From Octopus vulgaris (lineage: Eukaryota), in contig OX597829.1 of NCBI GenBank assembly GCA_951406725.2, positions 40,672,001-40,736,000 of the forward strand: 64,000 bases of DNA. Direction: 5' to 3'. Shown in pieces: positions 25,565 to 39,671 of the stretch. The notes beneath the pieces were generated by a model that saw only the letters and a program-made list of their open reading frames with translations, did no database searches and was not told the DNA's origin. Numbering within the stretch: the first letter of the stretch is position 1; each line of letters begins with the position of its first letter. The position numbers and the translations under genes were made by a program.

Positions 25565-27235
25565 TGCATGATTATTTCCAAACAGTGTGTAGAAATAAGC
25601 ATCACATTTTATATAGTAATGTAAATTCTAAAGGGTTAAGTGATTCATACAATGGTAAAACAGATGTAAAACTACGATGCGCACATGTGATGTACTTGAC
25701 AGCTCTACTCACCATTGCTAGCGAGCAGGCTAACATTGATTGGAAGGCAAGTCCATCACAGGGTTACACATTTACAGATGGAGTGGACTGGAGCAAGAGA
25801 AATGAAGTGTTTTGCTCAAGAACACAACATGCTGCTGCCTGGTTTCGGAATTGAAACCATGATCTCACAACTGCAACACACCTAACCAGTAGGCCACACA
25901 CACACACACACACACATATTTATATGACTCTTATCATAGGGCAGAGTAGGAGTTGGTAGGGGGAATTGGAACGGAGAGGATTAAAAGTGAAATGGAGCAG
26001 AGTGGACAGGTGTTAAATCAATAAAAATAAAGTTCAATAAACAGTAAATAAATATAAATAATATAATGAATAAAAGAGAATGGAATAGAGAATAGAATAG
26101 GGTTGTCTGGAGTGGATAAATGATGATAAATAATGGCTCCTTAAAGATATTTGTTGAGAAAAGAATTTGGTGGATGTATGTGTGTGTATACAGATGCATA
26201 CATATATATATAGAAGGAGATGAATTGAGATAATAAAATTAAATGCAAAACCATTAATTGACAGACCATTAATTGACAAAGCACGCCCATTAAGAGGTTT
26301 GGCCCTTTAATTGTTGTTTATTTGCAGTGTGAATTCCTCCAGATTCAGAAAAAGCATAAGAATTTTAAAGATAGATTAGTGATGACAGTAAAGGCAACAG
26401 ATGCTTGTAATGATGATGATGATGATGATGATGGTAAATTGTAGTTATGTTGGCCCTGATGATGATTAATGATAATAATAATTATTCCTACAGTAGGTAT
26501 AGGGGCTGAAATTTTGGTGGGGAAGGAGAAAATCAATAACATTGACGCCCTTGCTCAACTAATACTTATTTTATCAACCCCAAAAGAAAGGCAATAGTAA
26601 TAATTATTATTATTATTATTGGTGTTCATCATCATCATCGTTTAACATCCGCTTTCCATGCTAGCTTGGGTTGAACGATTTTGACTGAGGGCTGGTGAAC
26701 CAGATGGCTGCACCAGGCTCCAATCTTGATTTGGCAGAGTTTCTACAGCTGGATGCCCTTCCTAACACCAACCACTCCGAGAGTGTAGTGGGTGCTTTTT
26801 ACGTGCCACCGGCATGGGGGCCAGTCAGGCAGTACTGGCAATGACCTCGCTCGAATCCTTTTACACATGCCACCAGCACAGGTGCCAGTAAGGCGACTTT
26901 GGTAATGATTACGCTCGAATCATGCCCTTTTACGTGCCACTGGCACGGAAACCAGTTGGCTGCTCTGGCAACGATCACGCTCGGATGGTGCTCTTGGCAC
27001 CCTACTAGCATGGACACAAGTGCCAATTATTGTTATTTATTATTATTGTTGTTGTTATTGTTGAACCAGCACTTATTTTGTCAACCCCAAAAGGATGAAA
27101 GGCAAAGTTGACCTCGGCGGAATTTGAACTCAGAACATAACGGCAGACGAAATACTGCTATGCATTTCACCGGCGTGCTAACGTTTCTTCCAGCTTGCCG
27201 CCTTAATAATGATAATAATAATAATAATATTAACA

Positions 27236-27553
27236 AGAGCACTTAGAGAGCACAGACCTCCACCAAGGCAACACCAACGTCCTCTCAACAATTAACCGGA
27301 GATGATTTTTAAAATGAGAATATCTGAAATAAACTCAACTGCTCTCACAAATGAGAATACTAAAAATGAACCCAACTGCTTAAAAAACAGGAAAAATAAT
27401 CCAGAGTCCTTGTCCGGTACTGGATCAATCCCAAAATCTAATCAGTTTGTGGCAGTCACAAGGCCAAACATCTGAATCCATCCAGTGCTACTTGAGATAT
27501 CTTGTCCAGGGACAAACAAACTAACAAACAAACATGACTGAAAACAGTACCTC
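27236..27553 (+). mobile_element. Possible Helentron-associated (HINE/DINE-like) element, 3' truncated
   Basis: acctccaccaagg near the 5' end; (AAAC)n then gaaaacagtacctc near the 3' end, an architecture recalled from metazoan HINEs. Confidence 0.4.
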
Positions 27554-27812
27554 TTTCAGTTATCATCTACAAAATCCACTGATAAAGCTTTGGTCGGCCC
27601 AAGGCTATAGTAACAGACATTTGCCCAAGATACCTTGCAATGGGACTGAACCTGGAACCATGTGGTTGGGAAGTGAATTTCCTGAGCACATAGTTATGTA
27701 TGTACTTCCTTATTAATGAGAAAACAAAAGATTATACCTCAACATACTTTTTCTTTCTTTGTCATGGTGTTTTACAAACTCAAAAAATTCGAAACCAATT
27801 TAATTGTATTAA

Positions 27813-28279
27813 CCCTTTCGTTACTGTATTTATTTTGAGATGCTCTGTGCTTCTTTCTATTAATTTTAAATATAACAAAGAATTTAGTAAAATAACTTAA
27901 TTATCATTCAGCTAGTGTTAGGAACATAAATTGTGACTAAGGTTTGGTGGAAGATTTTAATTCAAAACTTATGAAAACAAGACATTTGTACTCAGAGCCA
28001 GTTTCAGCTAGGTTAGTATCAAAAGGGTTAAGAATTGTTTTTCTATTATATATTTTAACCCTTTCGTTACTGTATTTCTGTTGAGATGCTCTGTGTTTCT
28101 TTCAATTAATTTTAAATACAAGACAGAATTTTGTAAAATAACTTAGTTATCATTAAGCTAGTGTTAGGAACACAAATTGCGACTAAGGTTTGGTGGGAGA
28201 TTTTAATTCAAAACTTATGAAAACAAGACATTTGTACTCAGAGCCAGAACCGGTTTCAGCTGGGTTGGTAACGAAAGGG
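27813..28279. mobile_element. Two tandem piggyBac-like MITEs (27813-28027 and 28059-28279)
   Basis: Each bounded by TTAA with TIRs CCCTTTCGTTAC / GTAACGAAAGGG (degenerate at the right end of copy 1). Confidence 0.85.
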
Positions 28280-29207
28280 TTAAACAGCTACTCTCAATGG
28301 ACAAAAAAAAAAAGAAATTTTCACTGGTCTAGTTCCTTTACTGATGATCTAGTAGGCTAATAACAATTAAAAATAAAAATTTTTAAAAAGTGTTCTAACC
28401 ATGATCATCTCAAATTTATTTTCATTTTTCTTCATTTTGACATACTATATATCCAAGACTACATTAATTAGCCAATGTCTCCACCTTTTTTTTCAAAGAC
28501 AGTAGCACATGATCTTCTATTTCTAGTAAACCAGGCTAACATGCAGAAGCTTCCTTGCTGGCTTTTATATTTATGTTACTATTTCTGTCTTTGTGATTCC
28601 ATATGTGTGCAAGATATTCGTGTGTATGAGAGTGTAATGGTGCAACAGATTGCACGGCTACCTGTGGCTTAAATTCTATCCCTGCTTTGCAAAGAGAGAA
28701 GCAATTAGGCTTTAGCTGGGATTCCAGTCTCACCAAATTTTCATCATTAAGGATTTTTGTTGGGGATGCCAGGGTTGGGTGAGATGCAGCAGGTGTTAAT
28801 TAATATTTTCCTTTTATCTTGTACCTATAAATTGTTTGTATCTGATATTTGTTATGGATTTTCTATAAGTATGAAGCTGTGTACTTAATTTGCCATTTTA
28901 TATATACAAAGACCAAAAACAAATCTTGCAAAACAGAGCTTGTTTTAATGGAAAACCTCTTAAAATCACCCGAGGAAACACATCTACACTGACAGATACA
29001 CCTAAACCAAATGTTCAGTATCTCACCCATGTGGAATCAATGCTAGATGGGTCAAAACAATTGTAGTAATCAATAAAGATTCACCTATCTTCCATCTTTC
29101 TCATTAATCAAATACCCAATGAACACTGAGTCAGTGAATGTGTTTTACCAGTAAACTACCTGGTCTATATCGTACATTAACTAATAATAATAATATATAT
29201 ATATATA

Positions 29208-29617
29208 TTACTCTTTTACTTGTTTCAGTTACTTGATTGTGGCCATGCTAGAGCACCGCCTTTAGTCAAGCAAATTCACCACAGAACTTATTCTTTGTAA
29301 GCCTAGTACTTATTCTATCGGTCTTTTTTGCCGAACTGCTAAGTTACAGGGACGTAAACACACCAGCATCTGTTGTCAAGCGATGTTGGGGGGGACAAAC
29401 ACAGACACACAAACATATACGCACACGTACATACATACATATATATATATATACGATGGGCTTCTTCCAGTTTCCGTCTTCCAAATCCACTCACAAAGCT
29501 TTTAGTCGGCCTGAGGCTATAGTAGAAGACACTTGCCCAAGGTGCCACGCAGTGGGACTAAACCCAGGACTATGTGGTTGGTAAGCAAGCTACTTACCAC
29601 ACAGCCACTCCTGCGCC

Positions 29618-29618
<1 letters not shown>
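29208..29618 (-). mobile_element. Family-A SINE
   Basis: Full-length match. Confidence 0.9.
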
Positions 29619-29660
<42 letters not shown>

Positions 29661-29811
29661 TTGTAGTGTGATATGAGAATCTATAGAATCATGTGGCTAT
29701 CACCAAAAAGGTCCTCTAGCAGACCACACAAACCAATGCAAAGTTCTATGCAGCTGAAATCCAAGTGGTAAAATAAATATATTCATCTCTCACACCTCCT
29801 GACTTTTTATG

Positions 29812-30228
29812 GTATATGGAGGGAACCTGTGGAAGTGGTAGATCCAGGAAGAAATGGGGCAAAGTGTTGTGAGAAAAGATCTTCAGATGCTGGGCCTCAC
29901 TGATGAAGTGACAAGGGACCAGGGGATTCATCGAGCTAAATAAAATCACTGTTTTCCATACATACATGTTTGTCCTTTTAGGTGCTGGGTGCCACATGAA
30001 AAGCATTTGTGCTGGTGCTCCATGAACACACCTGTGCCGGCAGCATGTGAAATAAAAGCACCCAGCACACTCTATTAAATGGATGGCATTCGGAAGAGCA
30101 TCCAGCCATAGAAACCATGCCACAGCAGACAATTGTAGACTGAACAGCTTCCCCAGCTGGCCGACTCCATGTCAAACCATCCAACCCATGCCAACATGGA
30201 AAGCAGATGTTAAACAATGATGATTATG
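29812..30228 (+). mobile_element. RTE LINE 3' end plus family-C UTR
   Basis: EGTCGSGRSRKKW..RKDLQMLGLT followed by the UTR and a (GAT)n-like tail. Confidence 0.7.
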
Positions 30229-30511
30229 ATATATTCATGATACAATACTTTTAGTCCAGTGGTAAACAACCTGTCATGTTTACCGGAGAGTGAGTTCAAG
30301 CCCCATGGAAGCCTTCTACTTTACTATGCAAAGGGTTTCTTAATCCAATATTTACACTGTTATTCATAGCTTTGTTATGAAATTCACTGTCCTGAAATTA
30401 TATATATATATATATATGGCTGTATGTTAAAGTTTTCTTCCCAACCACGAGATTCCAGGTTCAATTCCACTGTGTAACACCATAAACAAGCATATATATA
30501 CAGAGAGAGAG

Positions 30512-31027
30512 AAGTAGACCCAGGAAAACCTGGGATGAGGTGGTGAAGCACGACCTTCAAACATTAGGTCTCACCGAGGCAATGACTAGTGACTGAGACC
30601 TTTGGAAATATGCTGTACTTGAGAAGACCCAGCAAGCCAAGTGAGACCATAACCCGTGGCCTATGCCAGGGGTGTAACCAGCCTACTTATGCATACTTTT
30701 CCTTCTGGGGACACAAAGCTCTGCTTGCGAAGACCTGTTGAGGCGAGTGAAATCGAAATCGATCAAAAATCAATGGAAATTGTAGTTGTGATACCAGTGA
30801 CATAAAAGAACCATCCGAACGTGGCCATTGCCAGTGGCATGTAAAAAGCACCCACTACATTCACGGGGTGATTGGTATTAGGAAGGGCATCCAGCTGTAG
30901 AAACACTGCCAGATCAGACTGAAGTGTGGTGCAGCCTCCTGGTTTCCCAGGACTCGGCTGAACCGTCCAACCCATGCTAGCATGGAAAACGGACGTTAAA
31001 CGATGATGATGATGATGATGATGATGA
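30512..31027 (+). mobile_element. RTE LINE 3' end plus family-C UTR
   Basis: RPRKTWDEVVKHDLQTLGLTEAMTSD*DLWKYAVLEKT followed by the UTR and (GAT)n. Confidence 0.8.
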
Positions 31028-31396
31028 TATATATGGAAAAAAAAAATTAAGGTAGAAAATGCTAAAATAATTTTATAAAAAACATTTCAGTACCAGTCCG
31101 GTTTTGGACATTGAGACTTTTTCAGCTGTAAGTATGGAAAACAATTAAATTTTGGAGAAATTAAATGAAAAGTATTTTAAGAGAATATTTGCATAGTATT
31201 CAAATACAATGGGCAAAGAGGCGTTTTCCTTGTTTCTGCCTGTCTGTCTGTGTCTCACTTGTTTACTCTTGTGGGTTCGAGGTCATTTTTTATAAAATTA
31301 TTTTAGCATTTTCTACCTTGACTTTTTTCCATACGTATATATATATCAACTCGTGTGTTCTTTTTCAACCTTCTACTCACACACACATATATATAT

Positions 31397-31596
31397 CTCT
31401 TTACTCTTTTACTTGTTTCAGTCATTTGACTGCGGCCATGCTGGAGCACCGCCTTTAGTCGAGCAAATCGGCCCCGGGACTTATTCTTTGTAAGCCCAGT
31501 ACTTATTCTATCGGTCTCTTTTGCCGAACTGCTAAGTGACGGGGACATAAACACACCAGCATCGGTTGTCAAGCAATGCTAGGGGGACAAACACAT

Positions 31597-31654
<58 letters not shown>

Positions 31655-31809
31655 GACAGGCTTCTTTCAGTTTCCGTCTACCAAATCCACTCACAAGGCA
31701 TTGGTCGGCCCGGGCCTATAGCAGAAGACACTTGCCCAAGATGCCACGCAGTGGGACTGAACCTGGAACCATGTGGTTTGTTAGTAAGCTACTTACCACA
31801 CAGCCACTA
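31397..31809 (-). mobile_element. Family-A SINE
   Basis: Near full-length match. Confidence 0.9.
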
Positions 31810-32419
31810 TACTAGCAAGTGGTGAAACTGATATTTATTTATTTTACTCTTCATTACAGAAATATGTGTGCATGCGTGTGCGCACACACACACACACACA
31901 CATTGTCTATCTATTAATGCGCTTACACTAAACAGGTTTTTTACACCTGATCTAACTTACATTTACATATTCATTGCACACAAGTTGATATACCATACAT
32001 ATACATCCATTTTATATATTTGGCTTTTAACTTCTATCGTGCACTTGTACGTGCTCGTAGATGCAAAACAATAGTCTGCACAGCGCACACATATACACAC
32101 GCACACACACACATACGCATGTATGTGTATGCATTTATATATTCACACACACATGTAGACATCATAAACACATACACACACTTGAAACGTGCTCAACTGC
32201 TCATACATCTATTGTTGATAATGCACATTACTCCGTTTGCGTGCATGCACACTTTGTATGCACTCAAGCATAGTCTTTAAGTTACACTGCCAACATATAT
32301 ATATATATATATATATTCTTACATTGTTTGATAAAACACTTCGTTTCCTCACCACAAGCATTAACTCATGTGTATATCTATTGATCTAGCTATCTGTCTG
32401 TTTGTCTATCCATCCATCC

Positions 32420-33032
<613 letters not shown>

Positions 33033-33262
33033 ATATAATGTTCTATACCACCTCCTCTCTCCACTTCTGGCCAGACTTACAAATAGTTCTTCCTTTATTT
33101 TCCTTTGGGATTTTCATGTATCTTCTCCCATTCTTCCTCCTTTTCTATGGTTTTTTTAAAATTAATTCTCCCCTCTTGTCTCTCTTTCTCCTGCTCTGTT
33201 TATTTTGTCTTCTCTTTCTATGTATCTTCCCTCTTCATTATTTTCTCCTGCTCTCTCTTCTT

Positions 33263-33333
<71 letters not shown>

Positions 33334-33531
33334 CATGCAACATCTCTTAGTCTTATGTGCACATTCCATCTCTTACATTCATATTTCATCTTTTTTCTCT
33401 CTCTCCTTTATATATGCACACAACTTCTCTTTTCAGACACATCTAAATGAACAAAATAGGCATATATTTACCTAATCGTAAACTTCTGGGACATCTATAT
33501 GTTTCTGTAGCTACTCATTTTTTCAGTTGAT

Positions 33532-33578
<47 letters not shown>

Positions 33579-34173
33579 TTTCCAATACAACATAACTATA
33601 AATTTCAGCTGACCACAAGCTATTGAATTTAAAATCACTGGAACATACAGGGAGAACAAAATGAGGGCATTTATACACAAAAGAAGAAGAAAAATCCCGT
33701 CTTTCTGAGACGTTTCTATTTGGAAAGATATGTTAAAAAAAATTTTTTTAAAGCCTAGAATATAAAGGAGTGGATATTGTGCTTACAATATTTTACAATA
33801 TTTTAATTTTACAAAGCACTTTAAATTCATGTAAACGATTCATTAAAAGTGTTCTACAATTAATTTGACCATGAGAAATAATAAATAGAATGGTATCCTG
33901 TATATACTCCTGAGATTTGTGTGTGCATAAAAGAAAGAATGCCCGTGTGTTTACAAACCGTCTCACTTGTGTAATAAATATCCCATTTCTCTCTTTTCTG
34001 GATATGCAGACGTATAGTTATATACGAATGCATGAAAACATAACACGCTTACGTCTCACATAACGATGTCATATCGTATACACACACATATATACATACA
34101 TACAAACATACATGCGTCTCATACATACGTTGTCAAGTCACGGTACACACACACACACACACACACACACATA

Positions 34174-34589
34174 AGGCGGCGAGCTGGCAGAAACGTTAGC
34201 GCACCGGGCGAAATGCGTAGCCGTATTTCGTCTGCCGCTACGTTCCGAGTTCAAATTCCGCCGAGGCCGACTTTGCTTTTCATCCTTTCGGGGTCGATAA
34301 ATTAAGTGCCAGTTGCGCACTGGGGTCGATGTAATCGACTTAATCCGTTTGTCTGTCCTTGATTGTCCTCTCTGTGTGTAGCCCCTTGTGGATAGTAAAG
34401 AAATAGGTATTTCGTCTGTCGTTACGTTCCGAGTTCAAATTCCGCCGAGGTCGACTTTGCCTTTCATCATTTCGGGGTCGATAAATTAAGTACCAGTTAC
34501 GCACTGGGGTCGATGTAATCGACTTAATCCGTTTATCTGTCCTTGTTTGTCCCCTCTGTGTTTAGCCCCTTGTGGGTAGTAAAGAAATA
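34174..34589 (+). mobile_element. Family-B SINE with duplicated body (dimeric form)
   Basis: Head followed by two tandem copies of gtatttcgtctg...aaagaaata; the core resembles the Meta-type SINE domain (from memory); same doubled structure at 47503-47845 on the minus strand. Confidence 0.85.
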
Positions 34590-35324
34590 ACATATATACA
34601 TACAAACAAACATACATGCGTCTCATACATACGTTGTCATGTCACGGTACACACACACACACACACACACACACGCATATATACATTCGCTATGCGCACA
34701 CAGACAAACACATACGTACACTGACTATGCACACACACACACACACACACACGCACACATACACAATCAATCTTCCTCCCAATATGTCACTCTAACGCCA
34801 CCACCATAGGTCTAACGTCAATGTTATCCATCACATTTTTACTTTTCACTCACCACCAACAGAAAACCTGTATATTTTTGTTTTCGGCTCCTCCACCATC
34901 CACCATCACCTTAAAAACACGCATTCCTTTCCCGCCCCACCCTCTTTTCTCTCTCTCTCTTCTTCTTCTTCTTCCCAGTCCTGTCCTGTCTTATCCTGTC
35001 CGCAACGTCTTATCGTTAATGACACTGTCTTAACGGCTGTCACCACCTGTCCTTCCCTAATGGACCAGTCCACTAGTTGATTGTCTCCCGTATTTTGTTG
35101 TTGTTGTTGTTGTTAGCAGACGTAGACCTCTGTCATTCCTCTTCCTCCTCCTCCTTTCTTTGTCCCTCCCCCGTCTCTGCCATTCTTCCTTTCTCTCTCT
35201 CTCCACACAACTCAACTTCTATGTCCTGTCTCTTTCTCTCTCTGTACCTACTTTTTATCTCGTTTTAATCTTTTTCTTTCTCATACATACATATATATAT
35301 ATACATACGCACACACACACACAC

Positions 35325-35362
<38 letters not shown>

Positions 35363-35899
35363 GTGTTGCTTTATTCTGAACTAGTTGCGGTGGTAGTTGT
35401 AGTGGTATGTCGGTTATGGTAGCTCTGCTCTAACACCGATGTTAGTTACTTTACATGTGGTCATTGCTTTGGAGTTCTTCTATTCACTCACTCACTCACT
35501 CACTTCTTAAACAGGAGATATGTACACGACACACCACCTCAATGCGTGTGTGTGTGTGCGCGTGTATATATATGTATATACATATGTGTGTAATTCACAC
35601 CCACACTAGTGCACTGCAATAACTAACTGCTACACCAACTCGCAATTACACATACAGAAACGAGAAGGGAGTCTCTCTCTCTCTCTCTGAGTGGCCGCAG
35701 CTCGCCCTGCTAGAAATAGCAGCCAGGCTTCCTTTTAAATCTTTAACCCTGCCAACATCACGAAGTCCTGAAACAATCCGGTAACTAAGAAAGACTAACT
35801 ACATGCACACCACTTGGATAACCTAGTGTTAGGTATAATACGATACGACTGAAAGACGTGGTGGTCCCGTTTGGAACACTGTTTGTACATCACAGGTCT

Positions 35900-36916
35900 G
35901 CTTAATTAATAATCGTAGCCGAGCTGGTGTTAAAGGAAAACAAGCAATGTGTCAAAACCAATACGGGTCTCACCGACATTACCGTCGGTGTCATCGTTAT
36001 CACGGTTTTTTTTGGGTTTTTTTTTTAGGGTGCCTCTAACGTGCTAGAAACAGCAGCTGGATATCTCCCCTATAACATCTATCTCACTGTACCGTCTCCT
36101 TATAAAGGGGGAAAAAAAAAGCGGATAAACAACTAGATAATAAAAGACGGGATGGTCATGGCTAGAACGTCTCGTCTTTTGACGTTCGTAGGTCCGCTCG
36201 ATCAGAATTGACCTTGAGTAAACAACAACAACAACAACAACAAATAGAACAGCAACAACACCACCTACACAAGACAAAAAGAGACCGGCGGTGTATAATA
36301 GTCAGTCATACGCATGCACGGACGAGAATACAGGATACAATCTCTCTCTCTCTCTCTCGCTCTCTTTTTCCCCTCTCACACACACACATTTACATACATA
36401 CATACAACAACACGCACACACACACGCACTTCATACCACACCCCCAGACAACACGTCCACACCTCAAAGACATCAACGTCAACGTACACAGCCTACACAC
36501 ACACACACATATATATTTATATATATTTATATATATATATATATACACGCACATATTCATCATACATTCTCTCGTTCACACACTGGCACAAATGCTTACC
36601 TGACAGACAAGTAACATGTATACATCGCTGAGGTTGTGTTGTTGTTCTCCTCTCTTCAACTACACACACCATTCTTTGTGGATATTCTCTACTTCGACAG
36701 ATACAATAATAATAACATCATCTCCCTCTATATGCACTGGGGTCACCACTTAAGGAAAAAAAGGAAAAGAAAAAGGGGGGAGGTGTCTGTTGTGGGGGGG
36801 TTTTCCTTTTTTTTTCGTTCGCTCTTTTTTTTTTTACCCCTCCCCTCCTTCCCTCCCTCCCCCCTCACGTCTCGTTCCGTTTTGTTTGTTTTTTTTTTTG
36901 TTCGTTCCTTCTGGAT
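35900..36916 (+). promoter_or_regulatory. Candidate promoter/5' UTR region of the KLF-like gene
   Basis: Largely SINE-free, visibly CpG-richer stretch upstream of the ATG; TATAAA near 36100 and an Inr-like TCAGTC at about 36302. The TSS cannot be fixed from sequence. Confidence 0.35.
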
Positions 36917-37120
36917 ATGATTCTGGGAATAGAGACCAATCCCAAACTTGTTTATAAAGCACTGGCTTTTCCTGCTGCCGCTGCTTTCGCTGCCGCCGCC
37001 GCTGCTGCTGCTGCAGTTGACTCTGCTGCTGCTGCTGCCGCCGGCGGCAGCAGCAGCATCGCCGCCGCCGCCTCCTCCGCCATCACCAGCAACAGTGCAC
37101 GAAATGCATTATTTATGACA
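36917..37120 (+). CDS. Klf3/8/12-like: Probable first coding exon of a KLF3/8/12-like transcriptional repressor (Ala-rich N-terminus)
   Basis: ATG at 36917; GC-rich codon-like sequence encoding MILGIETNPKLVYKALAFP, a poly-Ala tract, then SSAITSNSARNALFMT; 204 nt ending at a perfect GTAAGT donor (37121), phase 0, in frame with the next exon. Confidence 0.72.
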
Positions 37121-37863
37121 GTAAGTGCGAGTAAATAAATTTAAAACTATAAACAAGCGACACACACACACACACAACGCACGCACTCACTCACACACTC
37201 ACACTCACTCACGTACACTCACTCACGCACACGCGAGGTAGCGCGCGCGCAAAACACTCATACATATACGCACGGTATCTACGTAGATTATATGTGTTCG
37301 CATACATTTCCATACATCTATATCTATATATATATACACACAATACACACACACATTTATTCACCCTACACACAGCTGTGGAACACGGAGAAATGGTTTA
37401 AGCATATTTTTTTTCTTTCCTATCTAAAACTAACATATCTGATTATGATCGTGTTGTAATATATATGTGTATATAATTTGATATATATAGCATCTAAAAT
37501 ATCTTATATGTGTATATAATATATATATATATGTGTTAGATTCGTGTGTTTACATAATTAAGTTTTTGCGAGTGTGTGTGTGTGTGTGATTTTGATAAAC
37601 AAAACAAATCAAGTTTTTTTCTTTTTTATATAAAACTCCGAAAATATTTGTAGCAGTTGTTTATATATGTGTGTGTATGAAGTCTTGTTGAATATATGTG
37701 TATAATAATTTATTTCAATATATGTACGTGCAAATATACATACATACATACACATATAAATGTACATACACACATGATATATCGATATATATTGATATAT
37801 ATATATATATATATTCATTCATATTTCCACATTTATTATATGCGAATCAATTTCCTTTTGCAG

Positions 37864-37969
37864 CCTGTACAGACAGAACCTGTTGATCTCTCATTAAATA
37901 AAAAAAAATCTGCCAACTTCCATGATTCCCATCAAGGCCTGGACTTACGCGTTATCCGGAAAGCAGGAG
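37864..37969 (+). CDS. Klf3/8/12-like: Coding exon carrying the PVDLS CtBP-binding motif (KLF3/8/12-like)
   Basis: Acceptor tttccttttgcag (AG 37862-37863), donor G|GTAAGT (GT 37970-37971). Encodes PVQTEPVDLSLNKKKSANFHDSHQGLDLRVIRKAG; QTEPVDLS.NK matches my recollection of vertebrate KLF12 (QTEPVDLSINK) and KLF8/KLF3. Zinc fingers not seen in the window, so the family call rests on this motif. Confidence 0.75.
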
Positions 37970-38283
37970 GTAAGTAACACGTTCTCTCTCTCTCTCTCTT
38001 ACACTCTGTATCTATCTCTTCCTCTCTTATTCATCTTCAACTATTCTCTCTCTCTCTCTCTCTCTCTCTTGTTTCTTATCTATCTTTCCTCTCTTCCTTT
38101 TTTGTCTTCTATCCTGTCGTATTTCTCTTGTCTTCTCTTCCCTTTTATCCTTCTTTCTTCCTGTCTTTTCTCTTCTGTCTTAATTCTTCCTTCCGTCTTT
38201 TCGTTGTCTTCCGTTTCGTTGGTTCTTGTTTCTTCCTTGTTTTTTCCCCGTCCTTTTTTTTTACATTCCTTTCTTCCTTCCAT

Positions 38284-38330
<47 letters not shown>

Positions 38331-39304
38331 TTTATCTTTTTACTCATTTCAGTATTTGATTTTTTTTAAAGCCTGACACGGGCCAATGTTTCGTTGATGG
38401 TCTAAGTGCCCCCTGATACTTAAACCTATCGATTTATTTTGCCGAACTGCTGACTTGCTAGGACGTAAACAAACCAGCACTGGTTGTCAAGCGCTGGCTG
38501 GGGAAAAAACACAACACAATGACAGACAGACACACACACACACACACGACGGGCTTCTTTCAGTTATCATTTTTACCAAATCAACTCGCAAGGCTTTGAT
38601 TAGCCTAGGGCTATAAGCAAAAGAGAATTGTCCAAGGTATCACGCTCTGGGATTGAACCCAAAACCACATGTTTTGAGAAGCCAGCTTCTTAACCACACA
38701 CCCTTCATTTCCTTCTATCTCCCTCATTCCCTATCATTGTCTGCCTAATATTCTTCATTTCTTTTTCAACATACCTATGCAAGCGCCCCCCACCCCCACC
38801 CCGTCGTTTTTATTTCCTCATAGCTTTTAGAAAAATGGATATTTTTTGATGGAATTTTCTACTGATACGCGTCAGATGGTTTAGATTCCGATTAATTCGA
38901 AATTTGTTGCAAAAAAAAAAAAAAGAAAAAAATCCATTTCTGAGGATGGGGAGAAGAATGTGTAGATATGCCCGTTTTGTTTTTGTTTTAAGCCGTTGTC
39001 TGTCATCCTTTTTCCTTCTCTAAACACACAACACTATTATTGTTAAATATGCTCTTTAAACTTTTCCCGGCCTCTTTAATTTCCATTATTTTCATTTTCA
39101 AATAGAAATAGATATTAAGTCTTTCTTTTAAAAACAAATACCTTTGTTTTTGTTGTTTTGTCTTTCCTAAATGTCTTTCAAGACATTCTCATGTAAGATT
39201 TTGGACAGGAAATATGATTGTTTTTCTTACCAAATAATAATCTCATATGGAGACATAAGACCAATATTTACAAGTATTAGGACATAAGTTTTTTTTGCCA
39301 TTTA

Positions 39305-39344
<40 letters not shown>

Positions 39345-39671
39345 CGCCGAAGTTGACTTTGTCTTTCACCCTTTCGGGGTTGATAAATTAAGTACCAGTG
39401 AAGCACTGGGGTCGATGTAATCGACTAGTCCCCCTCCCCACAAATTTGACGCCTTGTGCCTCCAGTAGAGAGGATTATTATTGTTGTTGTTGTACTTTAT
39501 TTTATTAATGCCACCCCCACCCCCCCTTTCCCAAGGAACGAAGGGCAAAGTTCACCCCCCGAGAGATTCGAACACAAAACGTAAATGAGCTGGAAAAAAA
39601 TTAGCGCAATTCCGAAGAAATTCCGACAGCTGTAAGGATTCTGTCTACTTGCCAGGGAGGAATAAATCAAT

